64,000 bases of DNA from Chloroflexota bacterium (GCA_027624135.1 JAQBXL010000001.1:4950-68949); one strand, 5' to 3'. Shown: positions 36,941 through 47,804, counted from the first letter of the stretch. The notes: generated from the sequence alone by a model not told the origin. Translations and numbers: made by a program.

Positions 36941-38050
36941 ATGCAACGAATGACTCCCCAGAACCTGCGGACCCCGGGACCCACCCCGATTCCCGGCAAC
37001 ATCGTCGAGGCCATGACCAACCCGATGATCAATCACCGGGGGCCGGAGTTCCATGATCTGATCACCAAGACCACCGGGCAATTGAAGCAGGTGTTCATGA
37101 CCAAGAACGACCTCTTCATCCTGACAGCGTCAGGCACCGGGTCTCTCGAGGCTTCAATCGTTAATACTCTGTCGCCCGGAGATCGGGTCATCGCCGCCAC
37201 CGCGGGAGCGTTCGGCGACCGGTTCGTGGACATGGTCGAGGCCTACGGAGCAGATGTAAAGCGAATTGATTTCGAGTGGGGCGGTCCCATCGACCCCGAC
37301 GACATCCGTAAAGCGTTGCAGGCTGAACCGAACATCAAAGCGGTGCTGGTCACCCACAACGAAACATCCACGGGTGTGACCCACCCGTTGGAAGAGATCG
37401 CCAAGGTTGTGAAAGGCGAGTTCGACAAGTTGCTGCTGGTTGACGCTGTGTCCAGCTTGGGCTGCATCCCTTTGCCGGTTGACGCCTGGGACTGCGACAT
37501 GGTGGGCACCGCCTCTCAAAAAGGGTTCATGATTCCGCCGGGACTGTCTTTCATCAGCGTCAGCGAACGCGGCTGGGAAGCCCAGCAGACGGCCAAGATG
37601 CCCCGGTTTTACTTCGATCTGTCCATGGCCAAACACTATCTGGAGACCGGACAGACTCCGTTCACACCCAACCTGTCGGCCATGTACGGGCTCAGTCTGG
37701 CGTTGGACATTCTTCTCGAAGAAGGGATGGAGAACGTGTTCGGGCGCCACGCCACCATCGCCAAGTTCACTCGTGACGGCGCTCGAGCGCTTGGTCTGGA
37801 GCTGCTGGTTGGAGACGAGGCATACGCATCGAACACGGTGACCGCCATCAAGATGCCCGTAGGCGTCGACCAAAAGACCTTTATGGGCAAGATGCGAACC
37901 GAGCACAACGTGGTGCTGGCGGGCGGACAGGGGAGGATGAGCGCCGACATCTTCCGGATCGGCCACCTAGGCGCAGTCGAAAAATCGGACATCACCGAGG
38001 TCATGGACGCGCTGGCCAAAGTGCTGCCCGAAGTGGGTTTTAATCCGTAG
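36941..38050 (+). CDS. class V aminotransferase (serine-pyruvate/alanine-glyoxylate type)
   Basis: TPGPTPIP, NHRGPEF, ASGTGSLEA, THNETSTG, and SQKG (PLP lysine). Confidence 0.85.
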   Translation: MQRMTPQNLRTPGPTPIPGNIVEAMTNPMINHRGPEFHDLITKTTGQLKQVFMTKNDLFILTASGTGSLEASIVNTLSPGDRVIAATAGAFGDRFVDMVEAYGADVKRIDFEWGGPIDPDDIRKALQAEPNIKAVLVTHNETSTGVTHPLEEIAKVVKGEFDKLLLVDAVSSLGCIPLPVDAWDCDMVGTASQKGFMIPPGLSFISVSERGWEAQQTAKMPRFYFDLSMAKHYLETGQTPFTPNLSAMYGLSLALDILLEEGMENVFGRHATIAKFTRDGARALGLELLVGDEAYASNTVTAIKMPVGVDQKTFMGKMRTEHNVVLAGGQGRMSADIFRIGHLGAVEKSDITEVMDALAKVLPEVGFNP

Positions 38051-38182
38051 GAATGCCATAGGAATAACCCCGTCCCGATGGGATAATCGAACTAACGAAT
38101 GGTGTCCGCCGGAGTGATTCCGTCGTGTTCTCGCCGTTGCTTCGGCGTTATTTTTCCGGGCCTTTTTCCGGAGGTGCCCAAG

Positions 38183-38659
38183 ATGGCGATCTCTCAACTC
38201 GAACAGGCTATGGCGACGCTTCGGCTAGGCCTGGCCGAGATGCGCAACAAAGAAGAGCTACTGGACGCCCAGATATACCAGTTCCAGACCCAACTTCGCC
38301 GGTTACCCCGTCAGGTCGTCTACGGACAAACGTCACTGGACGCGTCGCTGGCCGCAATGGGTGAAATCGAGGAACGGCTCGAAGACGCCGTTGCCAACCG
38401 GCGAAGGCTGTTGGAGATCATCAAGACGGCCTCCCAAGAGCTGGAAGCCCTGCAACTACTGAAGCTTGTTGACGATGCCCGCTCTCAGCTGGCAACCCTC
38501 AAAAGAACCACCCCCACAGATGAGGAAGAAGCCCAACTGGAGACCCGGCGGCTGGAAGAGTTCATCGCCGCCAGCAGCCGTCAGGCCGAGCAAGCAATCA
38601 CCGACCGCTTTCGTGAAAGGACAGGCGATCGAAGCAACGTGGATCGGCCGGACGGTTAA
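38183..38659 (+). CDS. hypothetical coiled-coil protein
   Basis: GGAGG RBS before ATG 38183. Heptad-like, E/L/R/Q-rich 158 aa. Confidence 0.5.
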   Translation: MAISQLEQAMATLRLGLAEMRNKEELLDAQIYQFQTQLRRLPRQVVYGQTSLDASLAAMGEIEERLEDAVANRRRLLEIIKTASQELEALQLLKLVDDARSQLATLKRTTPTDEEEAQLETRRLEEFIAASSRQAEQAITDRFRERTGDRSNVDRPDG

Positions 38660-38665
38660 ACCCTG

Positions 38666-39949
38666 CTAAATCTCCCCATCTATCCGGTTGATTACTAAAC
38701 CAGTTGGCAGCTTGGGGAAGAAGAAAGTGGACTTGCGTGGTAGGCGCTGTCCGCCGCCCACAATGCTCTCGAAGGCGTCCAGCGGGAAAGGCTTGAGCAG
38801 GAAGGCCATCTGCAATCCGCCATCCGTGGCCCGCGCGACCGCCTCTACGTGGTCGTGGATGAAACCCAAGTGATTCAGAGTCGCGTCTCCCAGTTCGGGC
38901 CGCAACACCTGCTCCTCTAACACCCACGCCTCGGATGCCGATAGCGCTCCCCAATCCGGGCCAACGGCCGAGTCTTTCAGTGTCAGTAGCTTAGCGCCAC
39001 CACTGTCCACAGACGCAAGCAACCTCCGATCCGCTCCCAGCCGAGTCACCTGTTCTACCAGAGCATCCGCGTCCCCTGAGACTGGCTCCGAATCGAACAA
39101 CTCTTCCAGCTTGGCTTTGATGTTGGCTAATTTGTCTTCCGGAACGCCATTCAGTGTCCGGTGATAGCCAAGCACCACCAGACCGGGATCGTCGAAGGCG
39201 ATCAACGTCATCATCACAAAGTTGTGAGCCAGGTTAGCCGCCTTGGCTCCGGAGTCTTCGGCGTGGCGGTCCAACTGGTATTGCCTGGCCGCTTCGTAGC
39301 GGTGGTGCCCGTCGGCTAGGTAGATGGGGCGGCCGGTGAAAAATTCGTTTATCCGACTCTGCACAGCCGAATCCGATATGCGCCATAAGGCTGTAGCGCT
39401 TCCAGAATCATCTTTAGCGTCTATCTCGGGCGACGCGCTCATCACCTGCTTGAATATCCTGTCCAACACACCTTCCGCGTCTCGGTACAGAGACATGATG
39501 GGACTGATGTTGGCCGACAGCGACTCCATCAACAGGACCCGGTCCCGGATGGCCGGAGCCTCCGTGAACTCGTGGGGTAGCACCTGCCGTGTTTGATAAT
39601 CCTCCAGACCCACCGAGGCGATTAGTCCCAGACGCACCATGTTCTTGCCACCCAGTTCGAAGCTGTGCCTCATCAGGTAGTAACACGGCTCCTGGTCCTG
39701 CCGCAGCACCTCTTCCTTCATCCAGCGGTCGAACAAACCAGAAGTAGCGGCATATTGTTCTTTGACAGAGACGTTCCAGTCCAGTCCTTCGCCAGCCTCC
39801 AGGTGGATTATGTTGTATTGGTTCTGGCGTTTTAGGGCTTCTTGATTCTCCGCGGTGATCATGTCGTAAGGAGGACATAGCACCGATGCTATGTCGCCCA
39901 CCGCGTCCGGGTTGTACCGCCACCCTCTGAAGGGACTGACCACTGTCAT
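38666..39949 (-). CDS. DUF1015-domain protein
   Basis: N-terminal VSPFRGWRYN...VLCPPYDMI and internal ADGHHRYEAA, as in DUF1015. Confidence 0.8.
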   Translation of the reverse strand: MTVVSPFRGWRYNPDAVGDIASVLCPPYDMITAENQEALKRQNQYNIIHLEAGEGLDWNVSVKEQYAATSGLFDRWMKEEVLRQDQEPCYYLMRHSFELGGKNMVRLGLIASVGLEDYQTRQVLPHEFTEAPAIRDRVLLMESLSANISPIMSLYRDAEGVLDRIFKQVMSASPEIDAKDDSGSATALWRISDSAVQSRINEFFTGRPIYLADGHHRYEAARQYQLDRHAEDSGAKAANLAHNFVMMTLIAFDDPGLVVLGYHRTLNGVPEDKLANIKAKLEELFDSEPVSGDADALVEQVTRLGADRRLLASVDSGGAKLLTLKDSAVGPDWGALSASEAWVLEEQVLRPELGDATLNHLGFIHDHVEAVARATDGGLQMAFLLKPFPLDAFESIVGGGQRLPRKSTFFFPKLPTGLVINRIDGEI

Positions 39950-40146
39950 TGTTGTGCACCTGCTCGAAACAATTACGTCTGATTCTCAAGCACGATTATA
40001 GGTGAACCCCCAAGGCCAGTCCACGGGCGGATGGGAGGCCGTGCCCGGTGTTGTCGGCCCGTGTTGGGCGCTATTAGCTTATGATATACTCGTGGTCGCT
40101 CAGGCACGAGTACGTAAGAGACATCACACCAACAGGAAGGTAGCCC

Positions 40147-41367
40147 ATGGCCGGCCCAATCACCCATGTAGACGGCGGCACCATCACCAACGCCAAAGGC
40201 TTTAGCGCCGGAGGCACCTACGTGGGCATCAAGACCTACTCAGAAGACAAGATGGACATGGGAATTCTCCTGTCCGAGACGCCATGCGCCGTCGCCGGAG
40301 TGTTCACCAAAAGCAGCTTGGTTTCACCGTCGGTGACTGTGAACCGAGAAACTATAGCTGCGGGCGGGTCAGTTAGGGGCTTGGTGGTTAATTCGGGCAT
40401 CGCCAACGCCGGAGTCGGCGAGCAGGGCTACATCGACGCCAAGGAGATGGGCGCGGTAGCCGCCGCTCGACTGGGCGTGAAGCCTGAAGAGGTATTGGTT
40501 TTCAGCACCGGCGTTATCGGCGTGGAACTGCCCATGTCGCTCATCAAGCAGGGCGTTGATCAAATTCAGCTTTCAGAGAGCGGTGGCAACAAATTGGCCC
40601 GGGCCATGATGACCACCGACACTCGAACCAAAGAAGCCGCCGTCACCGTCAACGTAGGCGGAGGCGCTATAAATATCTGCGGCGTGGCCAAGGGCTCGGG
40701 GATGATTCACCCGAACATGGCGACCATGCTCTGCTTCGTGGCAACCGACGCTGCGGTGACTCAGAATTTCCTGCGGAGCATCCTGCCTGACATAGCCGAC
40801 GCCACCCTGAATATGTTGACTATCGACGGCGATACCAGCACCAACGACAGCCTGGTGGTATTGGCCAACGCCTCCGCTGGCAATAATCCCATCGCCAATG
40901 GGAGCGCCGACGCCGAAATTTTCAAAGAAGCCTTGACCGAAGTCCTGATCCAGTTGACCCGTCAGTTGGCCCAAGACGGAGAAGGCGCTTCCCGACTATT
41001 GGTGGCCAAGGTCAGTGGCGCCAGAAACACCAGCGACGCTCGGCTGGCGGCCAAAACCATCGCGTCGTCCCTGTTGGTCAAGTCGGCGTTGTACGGGGCC
41101 GACCCCAATTGGGGCCGCTTGATAATGGCGCTGGGCCGAAGCGGAGCCGAGACTATCGAGTCTAAGATCAATCTGTACATCAACGGCGTTTGCATCATGG
41201 AATCCGGCAAGCCGGTGCCGTTCCACCGGGACGCCGTGGTCGCGCTGATGCGCACCGATGAAGTTACATTTGGGGTTAACTTGAACCTCTCGGACGGCCA
41301 GGCCACCGCTTGGGGCTGTGACCTTACCGAAGAGTACGTGGTCATCAACAGTGCCTACACTACCTAG
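40147..41367 (+). CDS. argJ: bifunctional ornithine acetyltransferase/N-acetylglutamate synthase ArgJ
   Basis: KGSGMIHPNMATML autoprocessing site, TDTSTND-like region, C-terminal INSAYTT. Confidence 0.9.
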   Translation: MAGPITHVDGGTITNAKGFSAGGTYVGIKTYSEDKMDMGILLSETPCAVAGVFTKSSLVSPSVTVNRETIAAGGSVRGLVVNSGIANAGVGEQGYIDAKEMGAVAAARLGVKPEEVLVFSTGVIGVELPMSLIKQGVDQIQLSESGGNKLARAMMTTDTRTKEAAVTVNVGGGAINICGVAKGSGMIHPNMATMLCFVATDAAVTQNFLRSILPDIADATLNMLTIDGDTSTNDSLVVLANASAGNNPIANGSADAEIFKEALTEVLIQLTRQLAQDGEGASRLLVAKVSGARNTSDARLAAKTIASSLLVKSALYGADPNWGRLIMALGRSGAETIESKINLYINGVCIMESGKPVPFHRDAVVALMRTDEVTFGVNLNLSDGQATAWGCDLTEEYVVINSAYTT

Positions 41368-41590
41368 CCTTGCCGCTCTCTCAGCTACCCGTAGGCAGCG
41401 TCCGCTTCCCGAGTAAATCATTGGGAGTGGAACGGCGTACCCAACGGCAGTCCGATCGCACATCGATCGCACATCCAGGCAGCTTTCATGGTCCTCAACG
41501 GAGCCCATCTCCTGGGTTCTCCACTGGGGGGTCTCCACCGGCAGCCGAATCCACTTCCCAAAACCCTAATCTTGGTTTGAGTTTTATCAT

Positions 41591-42448
41591 TTGGAGGAAA
41601 GTGTGCCGGGCCAGCCGGAACGTCCACCTAGACGCCCAATCGTCGTAAAGATCGGTGGCAGCACCCTGGGAAGTCACGATACCAGCCTACGGGATCTGGT
41701 ACAGCTGCAGGAAGAAGGGCAGGAAGTGGTGGTGGTCCACGGCGGCGGAAACGTGATCTCCCAATGGATGCAGCGTCAAGGTTTGGCGCCCCGATTCGTG
41801 GGCGGCCTGCGGGTAACCGACGCGCCCAGTCTAGATATAGTGGTGGCCGTCCTCACCGGGCTGATCAACAAGGAACTGGTCTCTCAGATTTACGAGTTGG
41901 GCGGACGGGCCATCGGGCTAAGCGGCATCGACGGCTGCATGGTCGAAGCCAAGATTGGAAATCCGGAATTGGGATTTGTGGGCGAAGTGACCCACATCAA
42001 TAGCGAACCGATCAGCGCCCTGTTGTACAATGGGTACATACCAATAATCGCCCCCCTTGGCGTTCATATTCGCGACGGCTCTGAAAACGCCGGCAGTCCG
42101 CTTAACATAAATGGCGACACCGTTGCTGGAGAACTGGCCTACGCCATGGAGGCTGAGCAGTTGATCTTTCTCACCGATGTTGCGGGCGTCATGGACGGCG
42201 GTGGCCGCGTCATGCGGCGGCTGGACCGGCGGCGGGCCAACATACTCTTCAATTCAGGCGTGATTCAAGGGGGCATGATTCCCAAGTTGTCCGCCTGTCT
42301 GCGAGCACTTGAGCGATCTCCAGTGACCAACATCATCGATGGGCGGCAGCCCAACGCGCTGCTGGAATGCGTCCGGGGCAATTCGTCCGGCACTACCATC
42401 GTCGGGGGCTCGGGTGTCGGGGGCCGGGAAAACCCGCGCAGACCTTGA
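41591..42448 (+). CDS. argB: acetylglutamate kinase ArgB
   Basis: VVKIGGS, VVVHGGG, NINGDT. GTG 41603 after GGAGGA is an alternative start. Confidence 0.9.
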   Translation: MEESVPGQPERPPRRPIVVKIGGSTLGSHDTSLRDLVQLQEEGQEVVVVHGGGNVISQWMQRQGLAPRFVGGLRVTDAPSLDIVVAVLTGLINKELVSQIYELGGRAIGLSGIDGCMVEAKIGNPELGFVGEVTHINSEPISALLYNGYIPIIAPLGVHIRDGSENAGSPLNINGDTVAGELAYAMEAEQLIFLTDVAGVMDGGGRVMRRLDRRRANILFNSGVIQGGMIPKLSACLRALERSPVTNIIDGRQPNALLECVRGNSSGTTIVGGSGVGGRENPRRP

Positions 42449-42493
42449 TTCAGGGCCAGTGCATTCAACCCTTGACTACTCTATGAATAATCT

Positions 42494-45223
42494 ATGAGCT
42501 ATGAGCTAACAAAGGACGACGACCAGCCGGAAGGCCCCGCCCTACCGGGAATTTCCGCTATCAACCTGCGGCGGATCCGCAACGGTTGCATCATCGCCGT
42601 CAGCCTTCTGTTCGCCTTTCTGATCTTGTGGTGGCTGCGGACGATTTACACCGATTGGCTGTGGTTCGGTGAGTTGGGTCATCGGGATACCTTCACCAAG
42701 ATTCTAGTCATGAAGCTCTGGCTGTTCGTTGGCGGAACGACTGTGACCGCGGCCGCTCTGCTCGTCAACTTCTACCTTACCTACCGGTTCTCCAAGGGGC
42801 CTTCCACCCTTCCCGTGACCGATGATTCGATGCGGCTGCTGCGCGGGCTCTTGATCGCGGCGACCGTCATCACCGTTCTGACCGCTGCGCCCCTCTTCGG
42901 ATCAGCAGCATCGGGCCGTTGGGAGATCTTCCTCCTGTTCTTGAATAAGGTTTCTTTCGGTATCTCCGACGCCGAATTCGGGCGGGACATTTCCTTCTTC
43001 GTGGTCACCCTACGCATGCTCCAGTTCATACAGGGGTGGGTCATGGGGATCCTGATCACCTGTGTTGTGATGTCGCTGTTGCTGTATGCAAGCATCTACG
43101 GACTAAGGGGACTGAATTTCATACTTGCGCCACGGATGCTGAAGCACATGTCGATCCTGGGCGGTCTCTTGATGCTGAGCATCGCTGCCGGACACATGCT
43201 GGGCATCTACGGACTGGTCATGTCAACCGGAGGACTCGTCGCCGGAGCCGGGTACGCTGACATCCACGCCCGAGTGCCGGTGCTCTGGCTGATGACTGGC
43301 ATCGCAACCTTGGCCGCAGGCGCTTTCTTCATCAGCAACTACTTCGGCGGTTTCAGGCTGATGGTGGGCTCGTTCAGCCTTTGGGTCATACTGGCGCTGG
43401 TGGCCAATCTAGCGTTCCCCGCCCTGTTCCAACGCTTCCAGGTAGCGCCCAACGAATTCGAACAGGAAGAAGTCTACATCTCCCGAAACATCGAGGCTAC
43501 CCGGGCCGCCTACCAACTGGACCAGGTGGAGCAGATCGCGCTCCCAGGCGTGGCCAACCTGGACGCGAAGGTGGTGGCCGATAATCTGCCTGTCATCGAA
43601 AATATCCGGCTGTGGGACGTGGAGCCGCTACTAGACGCCTACAACCAGATCCAATTCATGGAGCTTTATTACAACTTCGTCAACATGGACTCAGACCGCT
43701 ACATGGTTGATGGGCAGCTGCGGCAGGTTCTTCTTGCCGCCCGCGAGTTGGACCCAGACAACCTGCCCACCGACGCCAGCAACTGGGTGAACCGCAGGCT
43801 CCAATACACTCATGGGTACGGCCTCGCCATGAGTCCGGCCACTGGCTTCACCCCCGAAGAGGGACGCCCTGAGTTCTTCATCCAAGACATACCCATCCGC
43901 AGCGAATTCCCTATCCAACAGCCTGAGTTGTATTACGGGGAATCACCAGCTCCATTCGCCGTGGTCAACAGTTCCGCCCCAGAGATCGACCCGTCTGGCA
44001 GCGAGCACCACTATGACGGGGAAGGAGGGGTAGCTCTCGGTTCAACGTTCCGGAGACTGGCGTACGCCTGGCAGTTTGCCGACATAAACATATTGCTCAG
44101 CGACCAGATCAGGTCCGACTCACGGATACAATACCGGCGGCAGGTGAGCCAGCGGTTGCGTACGCTAGCGCCATTCTTGACCATGGACGACGATCCTTAT
44201 CCGGTTGTCGACGAAGCAGGCAAACTGTGGTGGTTCCAGGACGCCTTCACCACTACCGACCGTTATCCATATTCAACTCCCTCGGCCAATGGCTTCAACT
44301 ACATACGGAACAGTGTGAAAGCGGTGGTGGACGCCTATACGGGTGAGGTATCCATCTATGTCATAGATCCCAACGACCCGCTACTGAAGATGTACCGCAG
44401 CGCCTTCCCCGGTCTGTTCCTGGAATTCGCCCAGATGTCCGCCGATCTCCAGGCCCATATCCGCTATCCCAACGGCTTGTTCTCAGCCCAGGCAGACATG
44501 TACCTGCGATATCACGTCACCGATACCCAGGTTTTCTTCAACCAGGCAGACCAATGGGGCATACCCCAGGACAACCGCTTTGGCAATCGGGGAGTCGAGG
44601 TCCATCCCTCATACCTGATCTTGCAGATGCCCGGCGGCGACAGTGCAGAGTTTGTGTTAATGTTGCCCTTCAGCCCCGCCGGAGAGAAGAAAAACCTGGT
44701 TGGTTGGCTAACGGCTCGAAACGACGGGGCCAACTACGGCAGGCTCAACGCTTTCACGGTGCCCAGGGACCTCCAGGTCCACGGGCCCAGTCAGGTGGAG
44801 GCACGGATCGAGAATGACCCTGCCATATCTCAGCAATTCACCCTGTGGGGAGGGGAAGGAACCGGCTCACGGATCGTCCGGGGGCAATTACTGGTCATAC
44901 CGGTGGGCGATGCGATAATTTATGTTGAGCCTTTGTACCTCCAGTCGGAGTCTTTGGCGTTCCCGGAGCTAAAGAAGGTGATTCTGGCCGACGGCAGCAA
45001 TGTCGTCATAGCAGATAGCGTCCGCGAAGGCTTGAACTTGCTTCTGGAGGGTGGGGCGACCCCTGACGTGACGGAACCCGGCGGTGGGGAGGGCCAGACA
45101 ACTCCGAGTTTGGAAGAACTGCAAAAACTTGAAGACGCGGTTGCCGGGCTTGATGAAGTCTTGAAGGAACTTCAAGAAGCTTTGAAAAACCTACGAGAAT
45201 CAGTGGAAGGAGACCCGCAATGA
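42494..45223 (+). CDS. UPF0182-family large membrane protein
   Basis: 909 aa with about 7 N-terminal TM segments and a large soluble region containing IRLWD, YTHGYG and the LLVIPVGD..IYVEPLYLQ family signatures. Confidence 0.85.
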   Translation: MSYELTKDDDQPEGPALPGISAINLRRIRNGCIIAVSLLFAFLILWWLRTIYTDWLWFGELGHRDTFTKILVMKLWLFVGGTTVTAAALLVNFYLTYRFSKGPSTLPVTDDSMRLLRGLLIAATVITVLTAAPLFGSAASGRWEIFLLFLNKVSFGISDAEFGRDISFFVVTLRMLQFIQGWVMGILITCVVMSLLLYASIYGLRGLNFILAPRMLKHMSILGGLLMLSIAAGHMLGIYGLVMSTGGLVAGAGYADIHARVPVLWLMTGIATLAAGAFFISNYFGGFRLMVGSFSLWVILALVANLAFPALFQRFQVAPNEFEQEEVYISRNIEATRAAYQLDQVEQIALPGVANLDAKVVADNLPVIENIRLWDVEPLLDAYNQIQFMELYYNFVNMDSDRYMVDGQLRQVLLAARELDPDNLPTDASNWVNRRLQYTHGYGLAMSPATGFTPEEGRPEFFIQDIPIRSEFPIQQPELYYGESPAPFAVVNSSAPEIDPSGSEHHYDGEGGVALGSTFRRLAYAWQFADINILLSDQIRSDSRIQYRRQVSQRLRTLAPFLTMDDDPYPVVDEAGKLWWFQDAFTTTDRYPYSTPSANGFNYIRNSVKAVVDAYTGEVSIYVIDPNDPLLKMYRSAFPGLFLEFAQMSADLQAHIRYPNGLFSAQADMYLRYHVTDTQVFFNQADQWGIPQDNRFGNRGVEVHPSYLILQMPGGDSAEFVLMLPFSPAGEKKNLVGWLTARNDGANYGRLNAFTVPRDLQVHGPSQVEARIENDPAISQQFTLWGGEGTGSRIVRGQLLVIPVGDAIIYVEPLYLQSESLAFPELKKVILADGSNVVIADSVREGLNLLLEGGATPDVTEPGGGEGQTTPSLEELQKLEDAVAGLDEVLKELQEALKNLRESVEGDPQ

Positions 45224-46410
45224 CCAAGAGCAGCGATTGGATCGACGTAGAGAAGAAGTATTACGCCCAGACGGTGCGCCGCCAACCGGTGGTGCTGGTC
45301 AAGGGCGAAGGCACCCGTGCCTGGGACGCCGACGGCAAAGAGTATCTAGACTTCGTGGCCGGCTGGGCCGTGAATCAGCTGGGCCATTGCCACCCCGCCG
45401 TGACCAAGGCGATCGCCGATCAAGCTGCGACTTTGGTACAGGTCTCCAACCAATTCTATAGCGTGCCCCAACTGCAATTGGCTGAGATTCTCATTGAGAA
45501 CAGCGCACTGGACCGGGTTTTCTTTGGCAACAGCGGGGCCGAGGCCAATGAAGGCGCCATGAAACTGGCGCGCCGCTACGGCAAGCTCAACCGCGACGGC
45601 GCTTTCGAGATCATCACCGCGCTGAATTCGTTCCACGGCCGCACGATGGGGACATTGGCGGCAACCGGTCAACCCCACTACCAGGAAAACTTCACTCCCC
45701 TGCTGCCCGGTTTCGTCCACGTCGACTACAACGATGTCGAAGCCATCATGGAAGCCACCAACGACAAGACGGCGGCAGTCATGATTGAACCGATCCAGGG
45801 AGAGGCCGGAGTGGTCATCCCCGCCCCTGACTACCTGCAGCGCGTCAGGGATTGGTGCGACAAACAGGGCATCCTGTTGATTCTGGACGAGGTGCAGACC
45901 GGCATGGGCCGGTTGGGCAGTCTGTTCGGATACCAGGAATACGGGATCGAGCCCGACGTAATGACCCTGGCCAAGGGATTGGGCTACGGCGTGCCCATCG
46001 GCGCGTTCCTGTCCAAAGAACATTGCATGGCCTTGGTGCCCGGCGATCACGGTTCGACCTTCGGCGGCAACATGCTCACGACCGCCGCCGCTTACGCCGG
46101 AACCAAATTCCTCATCGAAAACGACATCCCGGCCAAGACGAAGGAGATGGAGCCGTACCTGCTGGGCCGGCTGAACGACCTGAAGGGACGATTCTCTTTC
46201 ATCTCCGAGGTTCGCGGCAAGGGCCTGCTGGCCGCCATGGATTTCGAGAACGAGATATCTGGCCAGGTGCTGACCGCGGCCAATGAGGCTGGAATCCTGC
46301 TGAACGCACCCAGGCCCACGACAATCCGCTTCATGCCGCCTCTGACCATCACCAAGGAAGAGATCGACGAGGGATTGGAGCGCCTGGGCAACGCCCTGGC
46401 AACGATCTAA
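45220..46410 (+). CDS. argD: acetylornithine aminotransferase ArgD
   Basis: NSGAEANEGA, DEVQTG, TLAKGLG (PLP lysine), GSTFGGN. Its ATG overlaps the UPF0182 stop (ATGA). Confidence 0.9.
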   Translation: MTKSSDWIDVEKKYYAQTVRRQPVVLVKGEGTRAWDADGKEYLDFVAGWAVNQLGHCHPAVTKAIADQAATLVQVSNQFYSVPQLQLAEILIENSALDRVFFGNSGAEANEGAMKLARRYGKLNRDGAFEIITALNSFHGRTMGTLAATGQPHYQENFTPLLPGFVHVDYNDVEAIMEATNDKTAAVMIEPIQGEAGVVIPAPDYLQRVRDWCDKQGILLILDEVQTGMGRLGSLFGYQEYGIEPDVMTLAKGLGYGVPIGAFLSKEHCMALVPGDHGSTFGGNMLTTAAAYAGTKFLIENDIPAKTKEMEPYLLGRLNDLKGRFSFISEVRGKGLLAAMDFENEISGQVLTAANEAGILLNAPRPTTIRFMPPLTITKEEIDEGLERLGNALATI

Positions 46411-46461
46411 TAGAGAACACCGTCGGTGAACTGGATTGAAGTTAGACTAACGAGTACGATT

Positions 46462-46541
46462 TCACCCCCACTCTAACTCTCCCCCTTGATGGGGAGAGGA
46501 CAAGTCCCTTCCTCCGTCCGGGGGAAGGTTAGGATGGGGGC
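46462..46541. repeat. nested-palindrome intergenic element (family with 47805-47929)
   Basis: Starts with the 21-mer TCACCCCCACTCTAACTCTCC, contains hairpins CTCTCCCC/GGGGAGAG and CCTTCC/GGAAGG, and ends ATGGGGG, which is complementary to the 5' CCCCCA. Confidence 0.7.
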
Positions 46542-46573
46542 TAGCGGTATCCGGGGAGCAACGTAACTAAACA

Positions 46574-47764
46574 ATGGCAAAACCAAAGATAGTGCTGGCC
46601 TACAGCGGGGGACTGGACACCACCGTGGCGGTGCCCTGGCTGCAGGAGAAGTACGACGCAGACATAATCACCCTGACCATCGACCTGGGCATGGTGGACC
46701 TGGAGTCCATCCGCCAGAGGGCGCTCAGCATCGGCGCTTTGGAAGCCCTGACCGTCGATGGCAAGGACACCCTGGTCAACGAGTTCCTATTCCCATCGTT
46801 GCAGGCAGGAACGATCTACGAAGGGCAGTATCCGCTGGCAACAGCCTTGGGTCGCCCACTGATCGCCCGTTACCTAGTCGAAGCAGCGCGGGAACACGCC
46901 GCCTATGCCATCGCCCACGGCTGCACCGGCAAGGGCAACGACCAGGTCAGGTTGGAGGTTGGCATCGCCGCCTTGGGACCGAACATCGATGTCATCGCGC
47001 CGATACGCGACTGGGGCATGAGCCGCGACGACGAGATCGAATACGGCCTGGCTCGAAACCTGCCCATCAACGCCAACCGCAGCCGGTTCTCCACAGACGA
47101 GAACCTGTGGGGCCGCAGCGTGGAAGCCGGAGAACTGGAAGACCCCTGGCTGGAGCCCCCAGAGGACGCCTACGATTGGACCAGTTCATGGTCTGACACG
47201 CCTGACAAACCGTCTTACGTCGAGATTCATTTCGAATGTGGCGTGCCCAAGGCGGTGGATGGCGAATCCATGACCGGCATCGACTTGATAAACCACCTGA
47301 ACACCCTGGCGGGAAGAAACGGCGTCGGGCGCATCGACCACGTGGAGAACCGGCTGGTGGGCATCAAGTCGCGAGAGATATACGAATGCCCCGCGGCCAC
47401 GTTGCTGCACACGGCCCACAGTTCCTTGGAAGCCATGACGCTAACCAAGGATCAAGCGCGCACCAAGGCCCGCATCGCCCAGGAATACGCCGATGTCATC
47501 TACAACGGTCTCTGGTTCACCGCCCACCGGAAGGACCTGGACGCGTACGTGCAAAGCACCCAGCGGTTCGTAACCGGCGACGTCCGAGTACGGATGCACA
47601 AAGGGACCTGCACCGTAGTTGGGCGTCAAGCGCCCAAGGCTCTATACAACTACGGCTTGGCGACCTACGACCGAACGGACGAGTTCGACCACAGTTCGGC
47701 CGAAGGGTTTATCAAAATATATGGACTTTCCGTGCGCACCGAGAACCAGGTCCAGTCGGACTGA
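46574..47764 (+). CDS. argG: argininosuccinate synthase ArgG
   Basis: AYSGGLDTT, HGCTGKGNDQVR, and an overall 396 aa type-I ArgG layout. Confidence 0.95.
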   Translation: MAKPKIVLAYSGGLDTTVAVPWLQEKYDADIITLTIDLGMVDLESIRQRALSIGALEALTVDGKDTLVNEFLFPSLQAGTIYEGQYPLATALGRPLIARYLVEAAREHAAYAIAHGCTGKGNDQVRLEVGIAALGPNIDVIAPIRDWGMSRDDEIEYGLARNLPINANRSRFSTDENLWGRSVEAGELEDPWLEPPEDAYDWTSSWSDTPDKPSYVEIHFECGVPKAVDGESMTGIDLINHLNTLAGRNGVGRIDHVENRLVGIKSREIYECPAATLLHTAHSSLEAMTLTKDQARTKARIAQEYADVIYNGLWFTAHRKDLDAYVQSTQRFVTGDVRVRMHKGTCTVVGRQAPKALYNYGLATYDRTDEFDHSSAEGFIKIYGLSVRTENQVQSD

Positions 47765-47804
47765 GCGGCAGGGCCAGAGTCTGGGTAAAACTGACGCGAA
47801 CATC

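Noticed and set aside
37154-37966. 270-aa minus-strand ORF
   Set aside because: It is antisense to the class V aminotransferase gene. No motifs; shadow ORF.
45346-46050. 234-aa minus-strand ORF; similar long antisense ORFs at 59546-60220, 55397-56062, 3079-3705, 12178-12711 and 30068-30841
   Set aside because: Each lies opposite a gene with strong family motifs (argD, LLM, ACAD, AAA+, VWA, ADH). This is high-GC frame persistence.
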